Under the pieces are notes generated by a model, which was not told the DNA's origin, searched no databases, and saw only the letters and a program-made list of their open reading frames with translations. Source: an uncultured Gemmataceae bacterium (lineage in GTDB: Bacteria; Planctomycetota; Planctomycetia; Gemmatales; Gemmataceae). Taken from it: a DNA stretch of 64,000 nucleotides. Below, piece by piece: positions 42,437 through 52,854 of this stretch. Both the position numbers and the translations under genes were made by a program. The stretch spans positions 736,001-800,000 of the forward strand of contig CAVVPN010000003.1 of NCBI GenBank assembly GCA_963750165.1. Direction: 5' to 3'. The first letter of the stretch is position 1. Each line of letters starts with the position of its first letter.

Positions 42437-42500
42437 AAGTAGGACGGCTCTCCAGAGCCGTCTTCTTCGGCAGAGACGGCTCTGGAGAGCCGTCCCACTT
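42437..42500. repeat. REP-like palindrome (GGACGGCTCTCCAGAGCCGTC...GACGGCTCTGGAGAGCCGTCC)
   Basis: Double-hairpin inverted repeat. Confidence 0.85.
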
Positions 42501-42695
42501 GATGACCTTACCTGCCGGGGTAATACTCACCCGGATTCCCTCAGAACCAGGAGCCCGCACATGGAGTTTACTTCATCCTTCCGCACGCTCCTACAAGATT
42601 TCCGATGCGTCTTCACCTGGAGTGGTTCGCGCGCGGATCGCGCATGGAGGGTGGGACGGTGGGCACGGCCTGACCAGCAGGGGCCTGCGCTGTCG

Positions 42696-42861
42696 CAGCA
42701 AGGGGGCCAAGGAGGCCAAGGGGGCCAACTTTTTCACACGTCGAGATGCGGCCCCCTGGCCCTGTGCGGGTGGCACGGCGCGACCACCACTGGCGGCGGT
42801 TGCCACAGCAAGAACGCCAAGGACGCCAAGAACGCCAACTTTTTCACACGTCGAGATGCGG
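42696..42861. repeat. Direct repeat pair with 110-bp period (nonamer GCCAAG-type units + GCCAACTTTTTCACACGTCGAGATGCGG)
   Basis: Copies at 42696-42751 and 42806-42861. Confidence 0.8.
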
Positions 42862-42950
42862 GGCCGTCACCGTGGTACAGCTTCCCTTGCCGCCTCAACC
42901 CCTAAAATACCCGCGGGGTAACAAAACCGTCGCCGGAGGCGTTGGGCATC

Positions 42951-44249
42951 ATGTTGCGGTTGGCCGACCTTCGCGAAATCCTGCGCTATGTGCCGCAGTA
43001 CCGCGACCGCACTTTCGTCATCGCCCTCGACGGCGCCATCGTCGAGGACGACAACTTCCGCAACCTCCTGCTCGACATCGCTCTGGTCCGCAGCCTGCGC
43101 ATCCAGGTGGCGCTCGTCCACGGTGCCGGCCAGCAGATTCGCCGCCTGGCGCAGCAGTCCGGCGTCACGCCGAGCAACCTCGACGGCACCGGCATCACCG
43201 ATGCCGCCACGCACCAGCTGGCCCTGACCGCCGCCAACCGTGTCACGCATGAAATCCTGGAGGGCCTGTCCGCGACCGACCTGCGCGGCGCCTGCGGCAA
43301 CGCCCTGGTGGCACACCCGGCCGGCATCCTGCACGGCGTCGATTACCAGTTCACCGGCCGCGTCGAGCGTGTCGATGTGCCGCTGCTCAAGTCGCTCCTG
43401 GAGCACGACATCATCCCCGTGGTGCCGCCGCTGGGCTGCGATGGCGAGGGCAACACTTACCGCCTCAACTCCGACGCGGTGGCGGTCGAGGTGGCGCGGG
43501 CGCTGCAAGCGGTCAAGCTGATTTACCTGGCCAACGAGTCCGGCATCACCGTGCCGGGCGCCGACGGGGGGCCGCCGGAGCTGGTACGGCAGCTGACGGC
43601 CGAGGAGGGCGACCAGCTGCTGAAAAAGCACCGCGCCGGGCTGCCCAGCGCCATCGCGTCCAAGCTCGGCCAGGCGGTGCGGGCCTGCCGCAGTGGTGTG
43701 CCGCGCGTCCATGTCATCGACGGCCGCGTTGAGGAGGGGCTGCTGGCGGAGGTGTTCTCCAACGAGGGCATCGGCACGCTGGTCCACACCAACGAGTACC
43801 AGGCCATCCGTCGGGCCACGCGCAAGGACGCCCGCGCCATCCACGCCCTGATCCGCGCTGGCGTCGAGAGCGAGGAACTGGTGTCGCGCTCCCTGGTGGA
43901 GATCGAGCAGCAGATCGAGGATTACTACGTCTTCGAGGTGGACCACAACCTGGCGGGCTGCGCGGCCCTGCACGTCTTCCCGGAACAGCGCAAGGGCGAA
44001 CTGGCGTGCGTGTGTGTCGATCCGAAGTTCGAGAACCAGGGCATCGGCGCCCGGCTGATGCAGTACGTCGAGGGCCAGGCGCGGGCGGCGGGGCTGGCGG
44101 AGGTGTTCTGCCTCTCGACGCAGGCGTTCAACTACTTCGTGCAGAAGGGCGGCTACCAGCTGGGCAGCCCGGCGGACCTGCCGCCGCCGCGGCGCGAGCG
44201 CTACGAACGCAGCGGCCGGCGGTCGCAGGTGTTGACCAAGGTGCTGTGA
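42951..44249 (+). CDS. argA: Amino-acid N-acetyltransferase (N-acetylglutamate synthase; AAK + GNAT)
   Basis: TFVIALDG, LVHGAG, GVDYQFTGRV, GVPRVH, LLAEVFSNEGIGT; GNAT domain ELACVCV...QGIG; R.SQVL.K. Confidence 0.93.
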   Translation: MLRLADLREILRYVPQYRDRTFVIALDGAIVEDDNFRNLLLDIALVRSLRIQVALVHGAGQQIRRLAQQSGVTPSNLDGTGITDAATHQLALTAANRVTHEILEGLSATDLRGACGNALVAHPAGILHGVDYQFTGRVERVDVPLLKSLLEHDIIPVVPPLGCDGEGNTYRLNSDAVAVEVARALQAVKLIYLANESGITVPGADGGPPELVRQLTAEEGDQLLKKHRAGLPSAIASKLGQAVRACRSGVPRVHVIDGRVEEGLLAEVFSNEGIGTLVHTNEYQAIRRATRKDARAIHALIRAGVESEELVSRSLVEIEQQIEDYYVFEVDHNLAGCAALHVFPEQRKGELACVCVDPKFENQGIGARLMQYVEGQARAAGLAEVFCLSTQAFNYFVQKGGYQLGSPADLPPPRRERYERSGRRSQVLTKVL

Positions 44250-44364
44250 TGGTCTGTTGCCCGGTTTCGGACAATATTTTGCTGACAAGCGCGGCGGGCG
44301 CGGTCACAATAAAGTACAACAACTCAGCCCGCGCCTGGACGGTAACAGCGGAGGCAGTGACGCT

Positions 44365-45882
44365 ATGGAGCAAACGGTAGAAGGGCTCTGCAACCAGTTG
44401 GCCCGCAATCGCCTGCTGGACGCGGAGGCCGTGCGCGGCGCCCGCCAGCGCTGGCGCGCCGAGGCCAAAAGCGACGCTGACGATCCCACCCGGTTCGGCA
44501 AATGGCTGATCGCCGGCGGGCTGGTGACCGAGTTTCAACTCGGCATGTTGACGCGCGGCTTTGCCGATCTGCTCTACCTGGGCGACTACAAACTGCTCGA
44601 CCGCATTGGCCAGGGCCGCATGGCCGGCGTCTACAAGGCCGTCCACACGTCCTCGGGCCAGGTGGTCGCCATCAAGGTGCTGCCGCCGTCCAAGGCCAAG
44701 CTGCCGCAGTTGCTGACGCGCTTCCTGCGCGAGGCCCGGCTGGCGGTGCGACTCAACCACCCCAACGTCGTCCGCACCTTCCAGCTCGGCAAGACGAAAT
44801 CCGACCTGCGCTACATCGTCATGGAGTACCTGGACGGCGAGACACTGGAGGACGTGTTGCAGCGGCGCAAGCGGTTGCCGGTGGCCGAGGCGGCGCACGT
44901 ACTGACGCAGGCGCTGCGCGGCCTGGAGCACCTGGACGAGCAGAGCCTGGTGCATCGCGACCTGAAGCCGGCTAACCTGATGCTGGTGCCGGCCCCCGGA
45001 GCGTCCGGCTCGGTGCTGGGCTCGACGGTCAAGATTCTGGACATCGGCCTGGGCCGGGCGCTGTTCGACGAGGGCACGCCCAGCGTCGAGGAAGCCGGCG
45101 ACGTGACCAACGAGGGCACGCTGCTGGGAACGCCGAGCTACATGGCCCCGGAGCAGGCCCGTAGCGCCCACAACGCCGACATCCGCGCCGACCTGTACAG
45201 CCTGGGCTGCGTCTGTTACGAACTGCTGACCGGCCAGACGCCGTACCCGGACAGTAGTTTCGTGCGGCAGATGGTGCGGCACGCGACGGAGGCGCTGAAG
45301 CCGGCGAAGGAACTCAACCCGCAGCTGCCCGACGCGGTGCAGCCGTTGCTCGACAAACTGCTGGCGAAGGATCCGGCGCAGCGCTTCGCCACGCCCGGCC
45401 AGGCGTTCAAGGCGGCGCTGGCGCTGGCGCCGGCCCCGCCCGCGCCGTCCGCCGCCCCACGCTCGGAAGGGCCGCTGCGCAAGTATTTGACCTGGCTGGA
45501 ATCGAGTCCGCCGGACGACGAGGAAGAACCCGCAGTGCCGCCGCCCGCTCCTGTGCGCGCCGCGCCGGCGCCGGCGCCGGTCCCACCCGCTGCCCCGGTG
45601 GCGGCGCCGCCAGCCCGGGTGCGGACGCCCATGCCCACCGTGCCCACGACCCGGCCCACACCGGCGCCCGTCATCCCACCGCGGCCCGCGGCCGTCCCGG
45701 CTGCTCCGGTGGCGACCGTGGCCGCGCCCGCGGCGCCGGCCTGGCCCGGCACGCAGCCGTTGTTCCGGGTCGGCCCGGTGCAGGTCTGCCCGCGCGACCT
45801 GATTGGCGCCGGCGTGGGCATTGGCGTCCTGTTGCTGTTTGAGGTGCTGATCTGGCTGCTCATTTTGCTGTTCCGCGGATAG
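44365..45882 (+). CDS. Ser/Thr protein kinase with Pro-rich linker and C-terminal TM helix
   Basis: IGQGRMAGVY, VAIK, HRDLKPANL, DIGLGR, GTPSYMAPEQ. Confidence 0.93.
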   Translation: MEQTVEGLCNQLARNRLLDAEAVRGARQRWRAEAKSDADDPTRFGKWLIAGGLVTEFQLGMLTRGFADLLYLGDYKLLDRIGQGRMAGVYKAVHTSSGQVVAIKVLPPSKAKLPQLLTRFLREARLAVRLNHPNVVRTFQLGKTKSDLRYIVMEYLDGETLEDVLQRRKRLPVAEAAHVLTQALRGLEHLDEQSLVHRDLKPANLMLVPAPGASGSVLGSTVKILDIGLGRALFDEGTPSVEEAGDVTNEGTLLGTPSYMAPEQARSAHNADIRADLYSLGCVCYELLTGQTPYPDSSFVRQMVRHATEALKPAKELNPQLPDAVQPLLDKLLAKDPAQRFATPGQAFKAALALAPAPPAPSAAPRSEGPLRKYLTWLESSPPDDEEEPAVPPPAPVRAAPAPAPVPPAAPVAAPPARVRTPMPTVPTTRPTPAPVIPPRPAAVPAAPVATVAAPAAPAWPGTQPLFRVGPVQVCPRDLIGAGVGIGVLLLFEVLIWLLILLFRG

Positions 45883-45901
45883 AGCTTGGATTTTCGTGGT
45901 G

Positions 45902-45964
45902 GGTCCGAGCCCGAGCGCCAGCGCGGGGCCAAGCGGCCACCGCGCTGGCGCTCGGGCTCCGACC
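45902..45964. repeat. REP-like palindrome, family A
   Basis: Nearly identical arms to 4673-4735. Confidence 0.85.
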
Positions 45965-45985
45965 AGAATTATTGGAGAACCGCCG

Positions 45986-47116
45986 ATGTCTCCGCTGCGT
46001 TTCTGTCTCGCTGCCGTGCTGCTGTCCCCGCTGCTGGCCGCGCCCGCCGCGGCCCAGGGACCGCAGAAGAAGGAGCGCCACTTCCTCTATGTCGCCTCAC
46101 CCGGCGTCCGCAACTACGTCAACTGGGGCGGCGCCGGCATCCTCGTCTTCGACATGGACAACGGCTACAAGTTCGTCAAGCGCATCCAGACGCCCGCCAG
46201 CCAGGTCGAGAAGCCCGAGAACATCAAGGGTGTCTGCGCCTGCGCCGCCACCAAAAAGCTGTATTTCACCACGCTCACGAAGCTCTACTGCGTCGATCTG
46301 ACGACCGAGAAGACGCTCTGGGAGAAGAAACTGCCCGACGGCTGCGACCGCATGTCGATCACGCCGGACGGCAAGACGCTGTACGTGCCGACCTTCGAGA
46401 AGGCCCACTGGAACATCATCAATGCGGCGACCGGCGACCTCGTCAAGCGTGTCGAGCCCAACAGCGGCGCCCACAACACCGTGTGCAGCCTCGATGGCAC
46501 GCGCATGTACCTGGCCGGCCTGCGTTCGCCGCTGCTGACGGTGTACGACCCGCGTTCGCACCAGGAGCAGAAGTCGTGCGGCCCCTTCAGCGCCGCCATC
46601 CGGCCGTTCACCGTCAACGCTGATAAATCGCTCTGCTACGTCACTGTCAACGGTTTGCTCGGCTTCGAGATCGGCGACCTGAACAGTGGCAAGAAACTGC
46701 ACCGCGTCGAGGTGCAGGGCTTCAAAACGGGACCGGTGAAGCGGCACGGTTGCCCCAGCCACGGCGTCGGCCTGACGCCGGACGAGAAGGAAGTCTGGGT
46801 GGTTGATGGCCATAACAGTCACGTCCACGTCTTCGACAACACGGTGATGCCGCCCAAACAGACGGTGAGCGTCAAGCTGCGCGAGCAGCCGGGCTGGGTG
46901 ACCTTCAGCCTGGACGGTCGTCACGCTTACCTGTCCACCGGCGAGGTCATCGACACGCGGACGAAGAAGATCGTCGCCACGCTCACCGATGAGGAGGGCC
47001 GCGAAGTCCACAGTGAAAAGGTCGTCGAGATCGTGTTCCTTGACGGCGTGCCGGTGCTGAACGGCGACCAGTTCGGGTTGGGCCGCAAGGGCAGAGCGCC
47101 GGTCGAGAAGAAGTGA
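45986..47116 (+). CDS. Secreted YncE/YVTN-type beta-propeller protein
   Basis: Signal peptide; ITPDGKTLYV, SLDGTRMY, LTPDEKEVWV, FSLDGRHAY blades. Confidence 0.85.
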   Translation: MSPLRFCLAAVLLSPLLAAPAAAQGPQKKERHFLYVASPGVRNYVNWGGAGILVFDMDNGYKFVKRIQTPASQVEKPENIKGVCACAATKKLYFTTLTKLYCVDLTTEKTLWEKKLPDGCDRMSITPDGKTLYVPTFEKAHWNIINAATGDLVKRVEPNSGAHNTVCSLDGTRMYLAGLRSPLLTVYDPRSHQEQKSCGPFSAAIRPFTVNADKSLCYVTVNGLLGFEIGDLNSGKKLHRVEVQGFKTGPVKRHGCPSHGVGLTPDEKEVWVVDGHNSHVHVFDNTVMPPKQTVSVKLREQPGWVTFSLDGRHAYLSTGEVIDTRTKKIVATLTDEEGREVHSEKVVEIVFLDGVPVLNGDQFGLGRKGRAPVEKK

Positions 47117-47125
47117 CGCCGCTCC

Positions 47126-47193
47126 GGCGAGCGGCGCGGCGTCAGCCCGCCGTGTTGGGGACAGCACGGCGGGCTGACGCCGCGCCGCTCGCT
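47126..47193. repeat. REP-like palindrome, family B
   Basis: Same arms as 33846-33915. Confidence 0.85.
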
Positions 47194-47269
47194 GGGCACG
47201 CCTTGCGGGATTTTGCTATGATGAAGAAAACAAGTTCGCCGCCGGATAAATACCTCCGTGAAATCCACT

Positions 47270-48844
47270 ATGATCGAGAAACTACTTGCGGTCTTACAGC
47301 CCGCCGTACAGGAACTCCTAACCATCGCGGCAGACAACGAACAGATACGCGGAGTCTTCCGCAAACTGGGCGAGAACCTTCAAAAGCAGTTTGAACAACC
47401 ACCGTCCGAGAGCCCCCAGTCAGAACCCGTCGCCGCTGTTCCGCCCGCCGTCACCGCCCCGCCGCCGTCCGTGGCCCCGGTCTTACCGGCCCGCATTTTG
47501 ACGCCGGCACCGCCGCCGCCCCCGGTCTTCGTGCCGCCGCAACCGCTGGCCGACCCCGCGCCGGCGGCCCGGGCCGTCCGGTTCGGCGAGCCCTGGGCGC
47601 CCGGGTTCGGCGTCGAAAAGGATCTGCCACTCATTGAGGAGCGCTGCCGGCTCAAGGCGGAGGGGGCGCACTGGGCGGCAACGCGCAAGCGCCGCCTGAA
47701 GGACGGCGCCGACTTCGCCACCGACATCGAGCCGCACGACACCGCCATCATCGCGCGGGCCAAGCAGCTGCCCAGCTGCTTTCTGTGGATGTGCCACCCC
47801 AGCGGCCCGGCGCCCGCCAACCTGGACCAGTACGAGGAACTCGCCGGCTGCTTCGAGGCGGCGGCGGACGCGGCGGCGCTGCTGTCTCAGGTGGAGCAGC
47901 ACGCCGGCGGTGACCGAACCGTCCTGGAACAGGCGTTCCATCTGGCCGCCGAGGCCCAGTCGGCGCTGCGCGTGGCCGTCACCGCCATCGGCTCCGCCAA
48001 CCCGGACGGCGACCAGGCCCGCCTGTTCGGCTGGCTGCGCTCCGCCGCCCAGGAGCATCAAATCTGGATCAGCCGCTACATGCGCCAGGACGATCCCGCC
48101 GACCCGGTCCAGTGGGTGAAGTTGCGCGAGCGGCTCAAGCAGTGCGGCGAGTCGGTCAACCGCTTCAAGGACCGCGACAAGCGCCGCAAGAAACTCCTGA
48201 GCAAGATCAAGTACCACGTCAAGCGCATCCAGGCCGACCCCGACGCGGACCCCGGCGACGACTGGCGGCCGGTGATCGAGGCCGCCGACCAGCTGGTGGA
48301 CGAGGGCGTGCCGCCCAGCAACAGCGAACTGCGCGAACTGCTGCTGCCGATCCTGGACGAAATCCCCGAGAACCTGGAAGTCCCGAAGAACTTCAGCCTG
48401 GTGATGCGCGAGGCCGACCGCTACCTGGCCGCCAGCCCGCCGCGGCCCATCCAGCCGGTCGAGGCGGCGCCCAGCCCGGAGGTACGCCGCGCTGCCGAGC
48501 TGGTCGGCGGCCGTGCGGTGGTGCTGATCGGCGGTGTCAAGCGGCCGCAGCAGGCCGAGGCGCTGACCGAGGTGCTGGGGCTCAAGGAGTTGATCTGGGT
48601 GGAGGGCCGCGATCAGACGTACAAGGATTTCGAGCCGCACGTGGCCAACGAGGACGTGGCGTGTGTGGTGCTGGCGATCCGTTGGTCGCGGCACGGCTTC
48701 GGTGAGGTCAAGGAGTTCTGCCACAAATACGGCAAGCCGTTGGTGCGGCTGCCGGGCGGTTACAACCCGCGGCAGGTGGCGTACCACATCGTCAACCAGG
48801 TCGGCGACCGCCTGGCGGCGGGCTCGCAGATGCTGACGGGGTGA
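47270..48844 (+). CDS. Hypothetical protein with C-terminal DUF2325-like alpha/beta domain
   Basis: C-terminus VVLIGG...VVLAIRWSRH...VKEFCHKYGKPLV. Confidence 0.7.
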   Translation: MIEKLLAVLQPAVQELLTIAADNEQIRGVFRKLGENLQKQFEQPPSESPQSEPVAAVPPAVTAPPPSVAPVLPARILTPAPPPPPVFVPPQPLADPAPAARAVRFGEPWAPGFGVEKDLPLIEERCRLKAEGAHWAATRKRRLKDGADFATDIEPHDTAIIARAKQLPSCFLWMCHPSGPAPANLDQYEELAGCFEAAADAAALLSQVEQHAGGDRTVLEQAFHLAAEAQSALRVAVTAIGSANPDGDQARLFGWLRSAAQEHQIWISRYMRQDDPADPVQWVKLRERLKQCGESVNRFKDRDKRRKKLLSKIKYHVKRIQADPDADPGDDWRPVIEAADQLVDEGVPPSNSELRELLLPILDEIPENLEVPKNFSLVMREADRYLAASPPRPIQPVEAAPSPEVRRAAELVGGRAVVLIGGVKRPQQAEALTEVLGLKELIWVEGRDQTYKDFEPHVANEDVACVVLAIRWSRHGFGEVKEFCHKYGKPLVRLPGGYNPRQVAYHIVNQVGDRLAAGSQMLTG

Positions 48845-48853
48845 GCTGTTCTT

Positions 48854-48889
48854 CGTTTACGGTTCGCGCGGGCGCGCGAACCGTAAACG
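48854..48889. terminator. Hairpin between convergent genes (probable bidirectional terminator or REP)
   Basis: cgtttacggttcgcgcg-gg-cgcgcgaaccgtaaacg. Confidence 0.65.
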
Positions 48890-48899
48890 GGCTGCAACA

Positions 48900-50435
48900 T
48901 CAGTCGCCGGTTGATCGGTTCGCGTCCCAGTGCTCCGCGCGGCGCACGAACACCAGCAGGTTGCCGCGCTGGTACGTCCGCCGCCAGCACGGCGACGCCT
49001 CGACGCGCGGCAGCAGCCCGGTGCGGCGGTGGTAGTCCGCATCCAGCACCAGGTAATCCACCTGGTAGCGGTCCAAAATGGCCTGCCAGTCCGGCCGGCC
49101 GGTGGTGACGCCGGCGTACTCGTCCCAGACCTCATCGGGGTACATGTCGATGCGCACGTCCAAAAAGACCTTGCAGTCCGGCGCGGCGGCGTAGGTGTAG
49201 TAGGCGGACCACTCCAGACGGCTGAAAAGGTTGCCGCCGGGGTCGGTGCGGCGCAGGTGGCGGTAGGCCGCTTCCAGTTCGTCCTCGACGCGCGGCCCGG
49301 AGCGGTTGACGCGCAGCAGCGGGTTGGCCGCCTGCAACGGCGGCAGGCAGAACACCACCGCGCACACGATCAGCGCGAAGAAAGCCGCGGCGGCGGCGGA
49401 GGGCCGCCGTTCGGCAGCGCGGTCGGCGGCGGTGCGCGCCGGCAGCAACCGCACCAGCAGGGTGGCGCTGACAGGCGCAATCACCAGCAGCCACCACGCG
49501 ACCATGCGGATCGAGTGGCACGCCAGCGGCAGAAAGCAGGCGATCAGGCACAGTTCACGCGCCGTCGGCCGGCGCCCAGTGCGCCGCCACACCGCCAGGT
49601 ACAGCCCAGCCAGCCACGGCAGCGACGCGAAGAAGGCGACGCCCGCCCACTGGTCGAAACTCGGCGGCACCCACTCGTCAATGCGGCGGGCGCTGGCCCG
49701 CGCGGAGGTGTTGCCGACGAACTGGTACACCCACGGGCCGTAAGGATTAATCGCCGTCGCCGCCACGCACGCCGCCAGGCACAGCAGCAGCCGGCGCAGC
49801 CGCACGTCGCGCAACAGGCCGTCCCCCTGTCGCCACGCCCGCCACGCTGCCGCCGCCACGAAGCAGCCGATCAGCAGCAGGCCGCCCGGAAACGCCCCGT
49901 GCAGGTTGGCCCACAGCGCCAGCAGCGGCGGCGGCACGAACAACCACGCCGCACGCTGTTCCGAACGGTCGAGCACGTCGTAGAGCACCACGAACAGCAG
50001 CAGCGACATCGTTTGCGGCCGCAGCGTGAGCAACTGCCACAGGCCGAGGAACGTGACCACCCCGACCACCGCCGCGACGCCCAGCGAATCGGCGGCCCGC
50101 CGGCAAAACGCCACCAGCCAGCCGAACATCAGCGCCAGCAGCGCCGCGTTGACGCACTGCACCAGGTCCAGACCGCCGCGCTCGAAGAGGGCATGGTAGC
50201 CCAGCTGGGTGAGCCAGTTCACGTCCTGGAAGGCCAGGCCGGGGACCGTGAAGGTGAACAGATCGTGATCGACGAGACGGCCCTGCTGCGCCATGGCTCG
50301 GCCGCGCGCCAGGTGGTGCCAGAAGTCCTGGAAGTAATTGCGCTCGGTCGCCAGGGCCATGAAGACCAGCGCCGGCACAATGGCGGTCCGCACCCAGGCG
50401 TTCGTCGGCAGCCAGTGCCGCAGCCGTTCGGTCAT
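48900..50435 (-). CDS. Polytopic membrane protein, GT-C glycosyltransferase-like
   Basis: DFWHHLARGR, WLTQ, RPQ, LWANLHG, INPYG, EW.PP, F.D.R.DMY; many TM segments. Confidence 0.75.
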   Translation of the reverse strand: MTERLRHWLPTNAWVRTAIVPALVFMALATERNYFQDFWHHLARGRAMAQQGRLVDHDLFTFTVPGLAFQDVNWLTQLGYHALFERGGLDLVQCVNAALLALMFGWLVAFCRRAADSLGVAAVVGVVTFLGLWQLLTLRPQTMSLLLFVVLYDVLDRSEQRAAWLFVPPPLLALWANLHGAFPGGLLLIGCFVAAAAWRAWRQGDGLLRDVRLRRLLLCLAACVAATAINPYGPWVYQFVGNTSARASARRIDEWVPPSFDQWAGVAFFASLPWLAGLYLAVWRRTGRRPTARELCLIACFLPLACHSIRMVAWWLLVIAPVSATLLVRLLPARTAADRAAERRPSAAAAAFFALIVCAVVFCLPPLQAANPLLRVNRSGPRVEDELEAAYRHLRRTDPGGNLFSRLEWSAYYTYAAAPDCKVFLDVRIDMYPDEVWDEYAGVTTGRPDWQAILDRYQVDYLVLDADYHRRTGLLPRVEASPCWRRTYQRGNLLVFVRRAEHWDANRSTGD

Positions 50436-50742
50436 TGCGCTCCCCCTTGCTCACCGCGGGCTGCGCAAGTTTAGGATGCGTTTGCTGTCCCCGCTCAATT
50501 CTGAGCCCGAAGCGCCCGTTTTGAGACTGCGCGCTATGTGGATCGGAAATATGGGTGGTGATCTCCTGCTGGCGCTCGGGCTCGGCCCCGGCATAACAAC
50601 CCAGGGCGCTCCGCGCTAAGCCGCAAGCGGCAGAACAAGAGATCCGCAGCCGCAACCAGTCTCCGTCAAGGTACGGCCGGGACCGTCCGATAAAGCATAT
50701 ACACCCTTCTCGACTTCACCACCCCGACGCGAGGGAACCCCA

Positions 50743-52592
50743 ATGACGCCATCGTTGTCGCGGCGCGACCTGTTCAAGCTCATGACCGCCGGCGGCGTCG
50801 CCGCTCTGCCAGTTCCCTTCGCCCAGGCCAACTGGCGGCAACCGCCCGGCTGGGTCGTCGGCAACATGACCGGCGCCGAGGCCCTCGTCGAGGCGCTGCT
50901 CGCGGAGGGCACCTGCTGCGTTTTTGGCATCCCCGGCGCCCAGCAGAACGAACTGTGGGACACCATCAAGAGCAAACACCTGCCGTATCTGCTCGTCACT
51001 CACGAGTTCTCCGCGGCGGGGATGGCCGACGGCTACGCCCGGGTCACCGGCCGGCCGGGCGTCCTCTGCGTCGTGCCCGGCCCCGGCCTGACCAACTCGC
51101 TGTCCGGCCTCGGCGAAGCCCTGCTCGACAGCGTACCGGTGGTGTGCGTCGTCGGCGATGTCGCGGTCGGCCCCCACGCCCATGCCTTCCAGGTCCACGC
51201 GCTGCCGCAGGCCGACCTGCTGCGACCGGTCACCAAGGAAGTGATCGTCGTGCAGCACGCCGGCCAGATCGCCGACGCGGTGCGGCAGGCGTTCCGCCTC
51301 GCCTGCTGCGGCGAACCGGGACCGGTCGGCGTCGTCGTGCCGTACAACTTCCTCATTGAGACGCAGCGCTACAACAGCGGCCCGCTCGAACCGTGCCCGC
51401 TGCCGTGGGACGAGGCCGCTTTCCAGCGAGCGCTGGCGCTGCTCGCCAACCAGCGGCTGCGCGTCGGCATCTACGCCGGCTGGGGCTGCATGAATTACGC
51501 GCCGGCGCTGGTGCATGTCGCGGAGATGCTGCAGGCGCCGGTCGCCACCAGCATGATGGGCAAGGGCGCCTTCCCGGAGAACCATCCGCTGTCGGTCGGC
51601 TGGGGTTACGGGCCGCAGGGCACGCGCGCCGCCGAGCAGGCCTTTCGCCACGTTGATGTCGTGCTGGCCCTCGGCGTCAAGTACAGCGAGGTGTCCACCG
51701 GCTTCTACTCGCAACCGCAGACGCGCCATCTTATCCAGGTGGACATCAACCCGCACAACCTCGGCCGCGTCATGCGCACTGACGTGTGCGTCAACGCTGA
51801 CGCCGGGCTGTTCCTGCAGCACCTCGAAGGCCAGGCCAGCTGTCTGCGGCGGCCGGGCGACCGCCACCTGGTCGAAGCCATCGCCCGGCACAAGGCGGAC
51901 GACCTGCGCCAGTACCAGGCGGTGTTCGCGACACCGTGCGGTGTTGATCCAATGGCGTTCATCCTGGCGCTGCGGCGGCACACGGCGCCGGACGCGCTGA
52001 CGTTTGTGGACGTGACCTGTTCGCAGTACTGGGCGACCGAGGCGTACACCACCGTGCAGCCGCGGACGTTCTTCAACCCGACCAACAACCAGGCGATGGG
52101 CTGGTCGATCCCGGCGGCGCTGGGGGCGCAGATGGCGTTCCCGAGCCGGCAGACGGTGACGATCACCGGCGATGGCTGCTTTTTGATGTCGGCGATGGAG
52201 ATTTCCACGGCGGCGCGGCGCACCTGCCGGTGAAGTTTTTTATCCTCGACGACCAGGCGTATCACTACATGCAGCTGCTGCAACGGCCGGCGTACCTGCG
52301 GACGACGGCGACGATCCTGACGCGGCTGGACTACCGGGCGCTGTCGCAGGGCTGGGGCGTGGCGTACCAGGAAATTGCCTGTGCGGCGGACCTGGAGCCG
52401 GTGATTTGTGGGGCGCTGCAGTACGCGGGGCCGGTGCTGGTGCGCGTGGTCACGGATTACCGGCGCCGGCCGATCCGCTGGATCAACGCCGCCCGCGCCC
52501 GGTACACGCAGGAGCTGACCACCGAGCAGAAGGTGCGCTTCCTGGCCCGCATCGGTTCGCGGTCGCTGGACTTCCACCCCAACAACGACTGA
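50743..52592 (+). CDS. Thiamine-diphosphate-dependent enzyme (acetolactate synthase large-subunit-like) with Tat signal; frameshift near 52222
   Basis: SRRDLFK; FGIPG, HE..A..MADGYAR, PGPG.TN, MGW.IPAALG, GDGCFLM; C-terminus in ORF 52230..52592. Confidence 0.85.
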
Positions 52593-52598
52593 AAAAGA

Positions 52599-52701
52599 AA
52601 ATTCACCCCAGAGAACGCGGAGAGTGCAGAGAAAAGACAAAGAGTGGTTCTTTCATTCTTTGTCTTTTCTCTGCACTCTCCGCGTTCTCTGGGGTGAATT
52701 T
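52599..52701. repeat. MITE/REP-like long inverted repeat, family C
   Basis: aaattcaccccagagaacgcggagagtgcagagaaaagacaaaga...its reverse complement. Confidence 0.85.
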
Positions 52702-52854
52702 CTTCTGTTAAACTGCTCTGGTAATCCCCCCGGCCTTTGGCATATAACTACGCCCCGGCAGCGAAGAAGCGGCCGTGAACTCCAACCCATGGTGGGTCTT
52801 ACCACGTCCGCCCGTGTTGTCTGGTTCTCTTTTTTTCCCGGAACAGGTGCGGTC

